A DNA stretch of 63,552 bases, filler included, from Globobulimina sp. (lineage: Eukaryota), in assembly GCA_003354225.1 (NCBI GenBank). It is 50 parts of 50 records of this genome, joined end to end, with 100 filler letters (N's around TTAATTAATTAA, not from the genome) between each part and the next. Parts side by side here need not be neighbours in the genome. Positions count along the whole stretch, not along the records: positions 61,109 to 62,280 come from PIVH01021723.1; positions 62,381 to 63,552 come from PIVH01021724.1; 48 more parts are not named here. The stretch is one strand, 5' to 3'. Below are positions 61,140-63,552 of the stretch, in pieces. The notes under the pieces were generated by a model. The model saw only the letters and a list, made by a program, of their open reading frames with translations, was not told the origin of the DNA and made no database searches. The position numbers were made by a program, and so were the translations under genes. How positions within the stretch are numbered: the first letter of the stretch is position 1; each line of letters opens with the position of its first letter.

Positions 61140-62079
61140 ATGATATATAAAATATTGGAATTATATTCTATTGGTAGAAACAAATATGGACAACAAGGAA
61201 ACGGAGGAAATAAAGATATTAAAAAAATAACAAAAATAAAAACATTTAAAAAACAAATAAAAAACATTGTTACTTGTGGTGGTGGTTTTGGTGTAGCAGC
61301 ATATATTTTATTTGATGATGAAACATATGAATGCTGTGGGTATAATGGAATGGGTGTATTAGGTCTTGGACATAATAATGATATTAATGTATGGCATCAA
61401 ATAAAAGACATGAAAATAAAAAATATATTTTCAGCACCAAATGGATCATATCATTCATTTTGTATTTCAAATAAAAATAAATTATATGTTGTTGGGTTGA
61501 ATGATAATCGAATTATATGCAGTCGGGTTGGTATAAAAACAGGCGAAAAAAAGAACAATAAATGGACACTAATTAATACATCATTATCGATTCAAAAAGT
61601 AGCCACGTCAAGGTATTATACAACATTTTTAAGTGAAAATTCTAAAGTATATGTTGCTGGTTATGATGATGGTTATGGTGGTTTAGGATTAGGTAAAAAT
61701 ATTGAATCATCACCAAATATTCAAGAAATTCAAATAAAAATAAAAGTTATTGATATATGTTGTGGAGACAGTCATACCTTGGCAATTGATGATAATTATG
61801 GTGTTTGGTCGTGGGGACGTGGTAAATATGGCAGATTAGGTCATGGAGATGCAAATAATAGATATTCACCAACAAGAATACAATATTTTATTGAAAACAA
61901 TATTAAAATTGGTAAAATATGTTGTGGTACCTATCATAATATATTATTATCATTAAATAATAAAGTTTTGATCTTCTTGTGTTGCGTTTATTTATTTTTA
62001 TATTGTTTTGTCACATACAAATATATTTTAATAAATAAATAAGATATATTGTTTTGGAGGGAATGGATGGTGTCAATAG
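61140..62079 (+). CDS. RCC1/BLIP-II repeat protein; probable intron 61965-62043
   Basis: GRNKYGQQG, ICCGDSHTLA, VWSWGRGKYGRLGHG. Confidence 0.9.
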
Positions 62080-62380
62080 AGTTAGTGCATTTAAGTGAAA
62101 AGAAAGTAAAGTCACTAATTCAGTGACATTTCATTCGTTCAGCAACGATATCAAGGTTTTCAACTCAATTAAAAACTTAATGTGTTTATTATGTCCTTTT
62201 ACATATAAATACGTTGATATAATTCAGTATTTATTCGTTTAGTCTGTTAAATATTGTTTGTAGACGGATAAAATCAACTGNNNNNNNNNNNNNNNNNNNN
62301 NNNNNNNNNNNNNNNNNNNNNNNNTTAATTAATTAANNNNNNNNNNNNNNNNNNNNNNNNNNNNNNNNNNNNNNNNNNNN

Positions 62381-63552
62381 TCTGGTGAAATAATGCAATG
62401 GAGAAGTTTTTGGGATCAATTTTCATCGGCGGTTCATAATGTTGCAACTGTTCAACCAATAGATAAATTTCATTATCTAAAGTCACAACTTAGTGGTATG
62501 GCTTTGAAAACAATATCAGGGCTACCATTTACTGCTGCAAATTATGATGTTGCTGTTGACCTACTACGAACCCGTTATGGAAAAGATCAAGTGATTATAA
62601 AAGCACACTATGATGCTTTATACCAACTTTCTCCGGCTTCTTGTCAATCAAACAAAATTCGGTCATTTTATGACACATTGGAACAAAATTTACGTTCATT
62701 GGAAGCCTTGGGAGAAGATGTTAATAATCTGGGAATGGTTACCTTGATCCAGTCCAAATTACCAAAGGATGTACGCAGTCAAATTGAGCGCAAAAAAGAA
62801 CATGATCAAGCTTGGACAATGCCTATCTTGCGTCAACTCATTAAGCAAGATATTGAAGTGCGTGAATCACTGGATCAATCGGAATCACAATCTGGTAGTT
62901 TGTTCGACAACAATAATCAATCATCACCATGGAGTTCAGGTCCACGTCCAAAAAGCAGTTCACCCCCCTATAAACCACCACATATGCGATCGTCTGCTGA
63001 AGCTCTAGGTGTTCAAGAAAGATATGATAAACCAAGAGTACAACCAAAGGAAAAAAGATGTATGTTTTGCAACATTTCTGGATCACACTGGTCTGATGAA
63101 TGTCGAAGGTATCCTACATTGGAGGCAAGAAAAGCAACAATTAAGGGAAAATGTTACAACTGTTTTCAAAAAGGACATAATCCATTGAAATGTCAAAGTA
63201 AACGTCGGTGTTTCTATTGTGCTGCAATTCGCAAACATAACAGCGCATTGTGTCCTGAAAAATTTAGCAACCGAAGTGCTAAACCGGATCACAAAGTAGA
63301 AAGTGGAGCACTGGCCGAAGAAGGGACAACTGAATCTAATGTCACCTGTGTTGAAACAGACAAAGACGGACAAGCCTTGCTCGCATCTGATGAATCGGTA
63401 ATTATGCAGACAGCAATGGCAAAATTAGAAAATCTGCAAAATTCAAAAACTTGCTGGATTCGAATTCTCTTTGATTGTGGTAGCAACAGAACTTACATAA
63501 CTTTTGCATTGGCAAAGAAGCTTGGCCTGAAGCTAGGCAAAATCATCGAAAT
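62381..63552 (+). mobile_element. BEL/Pao LTR retrotransposon polyprotein: Gag (DUF1759-like), three zinc knuckles, aspartic protease start
   Basis: Whole contig open (absent from the ORF track): WRSFWDQFSSAVH..IDKFHYLKS..ANYDVAVDLLRTRYG; CMFC..H..C, CYNCFQKGH..C, CFYC..HNSALC; ILFDCGSNRTYIT. Confidence 0.92.

Overview
This window is not one locus. It is 50 short contigs (1174, 1173 and 1172 bp, sorted by length) joined by an artificial 100-nt linker (N44-TTAATTAATTAA-N44), so adjacency across linkers has no biological meaning. Most contigs are AT-rich eukaryotic gene fragments with short GT-AG introns (about 55-170 nt) in the standard code. Examples are PRP43, RIO2, GTP-PEPCK, TM9SF, a SNF2 helicase, HACD, UNC-93, a MATE-like transporter, trypsin, a class C GPCR, RGS, RCC1, WD40, SPRY, PPR and HSPA12. 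The gene-family mix suggests a protist, plausibly a foraminiferan/rhizarian (inference only). One contig is clearly bacteriophage-like, one is a BEL/Pao retrotransposon, several carry foldback/MITE-like repeats, and a few look like amplification chimeras. The most notable items are: a eukaryotic 9/4 tRNA-Sec(UCA); an unassigned ~220-nt structured RNA candidate on the same contig; a phosphatidylserine decarboxylase with a single in-frame TGA; an intron whose ends form a 20-bp inverted repeat inside a nucleotidyltransferase-like gene; two ADP-ribosyltransferase-fold genes; and a PLP-independent Asp/Glu racemase. All family calls come from motif recognition by eye, not database searches.
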